Shown one piece after another: positions 62,367-64,000 of a stretch of DNA of 64,000 bases. The position numbers were made by a program, and so were the translations under genes. This DNA is from a virus (taxonomy: Duplodnaviria; Caudoviricetes). Location of the stretch: IMG/VR virus record IMGVR_UViG_3300037418_002332. One strand, written 5' to 3'. Under the pieces are notes generated by a model. It ran no database searches, was not told the DNA's origin, and saw nothing but the letters and a program-made list of their open reading frames with translations. Numbering within the stretch: the first letter of the stretch is position 1; the number at the start of each line of letters is the position of its first letter.

Positions 62367-63878
62367 TTAGAACTTGACGATAATCTTAACGTCTTCTTGT
62401 TGATCAGATGAACGGCTGATAGGTGAACGATTTTCGATATACAATAGCTTGCCCTGATATTTCTTTAGATCAGGCTTTGTAATACCAACAACTGTAGCAG
62501 TAGCACCGGATGTACCACCAGTGATAGTTTCATTGTTAGCGAACAATGTCACATTACCAGTGACCATCAATACTGTATTGGAATGATATTCAACTGAGTA
62601 AGCAGTTGCACCACTTGTACCACCAGTAACAACTTCGTCAGCAGTAAAGGTCAAGGAAGGGTTGTCAAGTGTCAAACGAGTTGTTTGGTCATAGGTTGTA
62701 TCAGTAGCAACAGTGTTAGCAACCAATTCAACTGGATCAACGATCAGGCCAACTGTACGGAAATCATTAGCGATGAAGAATGTATTGGACTCAGAACCAG
62801 TCATCTTAACGTTCATGATGATATTGTGCGCAAATAGTTCACTGACCGCATCCTTACCATGACCACCTACAGGTGAAACTTGGGCATCAATGGTAGCACC
62901 TGAACCAGTGTTCGCTGTAACTGTACCAGTGACACGAGTATAGTTTGAACCTGGAACGATAACATTGATCTTGGAAATCTGTCCACCTGATACTCGGCTG
63001 ATCGCCTTTGCACCAGTACCATCGCCAGAAATATTAACAGTTGGACTAACGATATATGTTGAACTTGTATCTACAGCTGGTGAGAATGCCGGTGATACAG
63101 TGATTTGCTTGGTAGCACCATCGTAGTCAACGATTGAACGAATTTGACCAGCACCTGTACCGGATGCAATGTATACTGTGCTGAAATTGTAAATGTTATT
63201 TGTAGAGTTCGCAGTTGGTTGAAGTCTGGCAGTAGTTGTACCACCCAGCACAATCGCGCCAGAATGTTCCTTATAGTTTGAACCACCAGTCGTAACCAAT
63301 ATTGAACTCAATGAGCCATTAACCGCAGCTTGTTGGACGGCCCATTGGTCTGAACCGTCATCTGATGCCAGCACCTTAGTCGGAATAATTTTCGTTGTAC
63401 TGAACTTCAATGCGTCAGCAGCTGTGACAGTGTACATATATTTCCAAACATAACCATCACCAGTGGTCAAATTGGAAGTAGAACGACCTGTAGGCTTTAC
63501 AGTACTTGGAACGCCACCATTGTTATAGATGCACTTGTAAACATAAAAGTCTTCAGTAATGACATAGAAACGATTATTTGAAAAGAATTCAGTGTCACTG
63601 GTGTACTGGTCATAGACTGTACCTGATGTCCAATCCACTCTATCTACACCATATGAAACGTCCGATGGTGTAATACGCTTCAATGCCAACATATTGTCCC
63701 AAACATTGTAGACCGTTTCATTGGTCGTATCAAGTGGTTCAGGTGGTGAATTTTCGTTGTCCCATGGATTTGAACGTGCCAGGAAGAAGTAGATTCTTGA
63801 TGGCGCAGCTTCATCAAACTGTTCGTAGAATTGTTCAGCTGAATGCAATCTGAAATTCTTCGTAATTTTTCCTGGCAT
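62367..63878 (-). CDS. baseplate wedge subunit (gp8)
   Basis: Y.FLAR..PW..E..PP.P, W.NM.A.KRI, R.DW.SGT.YD.Y, YVYKC..N, GDGYVWKYMY, PI..S.DQ.E..KI. Confidence 0.92.
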   Translation of the reverse strand: MPGKITKNFRLHSAEQFYEQFDEAAPSRIYFFLARSNPWDNENSPPEPLDTTNETVYNVWDNMLALKRITPSDVSYGVDRVDWTSGTVYDQYTSDTEFFSNNRFYVITEDFYVYKCIYNNGGVPSTVKPTGRSTSNLTTGDGYVWKYMYTVTAADALKFSTTKIIPTKVLASDDGSDQWAVQQAAVNGSLSSILVTTGGSNYKEHSGAIVLGGTTTARLQPTANSTNNIYNFSTVYIASGTGAGQIRSIVDYDGATKQITVSPAFSPAVDTSSTYIVSPTVNISGDGTGAKAISRVSGGQISKINVIVPGSNYTRVTGTVTANTGSGATIDAQVSPVGGHGKDAVSELFAHNIIMNVKMTGSESNTFFIANDFRTVGLIVDPVELVANTVATDTTYDQTTRLTLDNPSLTFTADEVVTGGTSGATAYSVEYHSNTVLMVTGNVTLFANNETITGGTSGATATVVGITKPDLKKYQGKLLYIENRSPISRSSDQQEDVKIIVKF

Positions 63879-63887
63879 CTAATGTCC

Positions 63888-64000
63888 TTAATGGTTAATC
63901 AATTTATATGAAAGTGACGCTGATGGAGTGTACTGGTATGTATCTCTCAGCTGAATGATTGTATTCCCAAGTAATCCTTTGATGAAATACGTAGAGTCTT
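63888..64000 (-). CDS. 3' end of upstream structural gene (partial, position suggests gp7-like)
   Basis: open frame DSTYFIKGLLGNTIIQLRDTYQYTPSASLSYKLINH* ending 9 nt before gp8. Confidence 0.45.
   Translation of the reverse strand, partial: DSTYFIKGLLGNTIIQLRDTYQYTPSASLSYKLINH

Noticed and set aside
62367-63878. gp8 much longer than T4 gp8
   Set aside because: gp8 proteins of about 500 aa with a central insertion are usual in non-coliphage T4-like viruses, so this is not distinctive.
1-64000. tRNA genes, rRNA, group I/II introns, inteins, integrase or IS elements
   Set aside because: No cloverleaf or T-loop signatures, no interrupted core genes and no recombinase or transposase motifs seen by eye; tRNAscan-SE and Infernal would be needed to exclude them formally.

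Overview
A 64 kb segment of a large T4-like (myovirus) phage genome, most likely infecting a Rhizobiales-type alphaproteobacterium. Host-type GapR, DUF1127 and BTLCP genes and CTTGAC-type promoters point to that host group. Bases 1-45523 are a + strand early/accessory arm. It encodes an NAD salvage pair (NadM-Nudix, NadV), an RlmN-like radical SAM enzyme, rIIA/rIIB, two RNA ligases, split Pnk-like kinase and phosphatase, nucleotidyltransferases, three HNH nucleases, an SF2 helicase, phosphoesterases, a macrodomain, a BCS1-like AAA ATPase, glutaredoxin, a GT4 glycosyltransferase, RNase H, PhoH and an exonuclease. Bases 45520-64000 are a - strand late structural arm: gp8, a DUF4815-type giant protein, tail fibre, gp13-gp14-gp15-gp16, and an embedded set of glycan-modifying enzymes. 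The most notable unexplained structures are: (1) a tandem array of 11 very divergent ~130-aa paralogues sharing only terminal motifs (37950-43120); (2) a + strand island inside the late arm carrying a 49-aa signal-peptide ORF and a two-hairpin sRNA candidate with anti-Shine-Dalgarno loops (48523-48993); (3) a two-hairpin leader repeated in front of both NAD salvage genes. No CRISPR array, tRNA, rRNA or intron was recognised. All calls come from reading motifs by eye; no database search or folding program was run. Where starts differ from the ORF track they were moved using RBS, promoter or stop/start overlap evidence.
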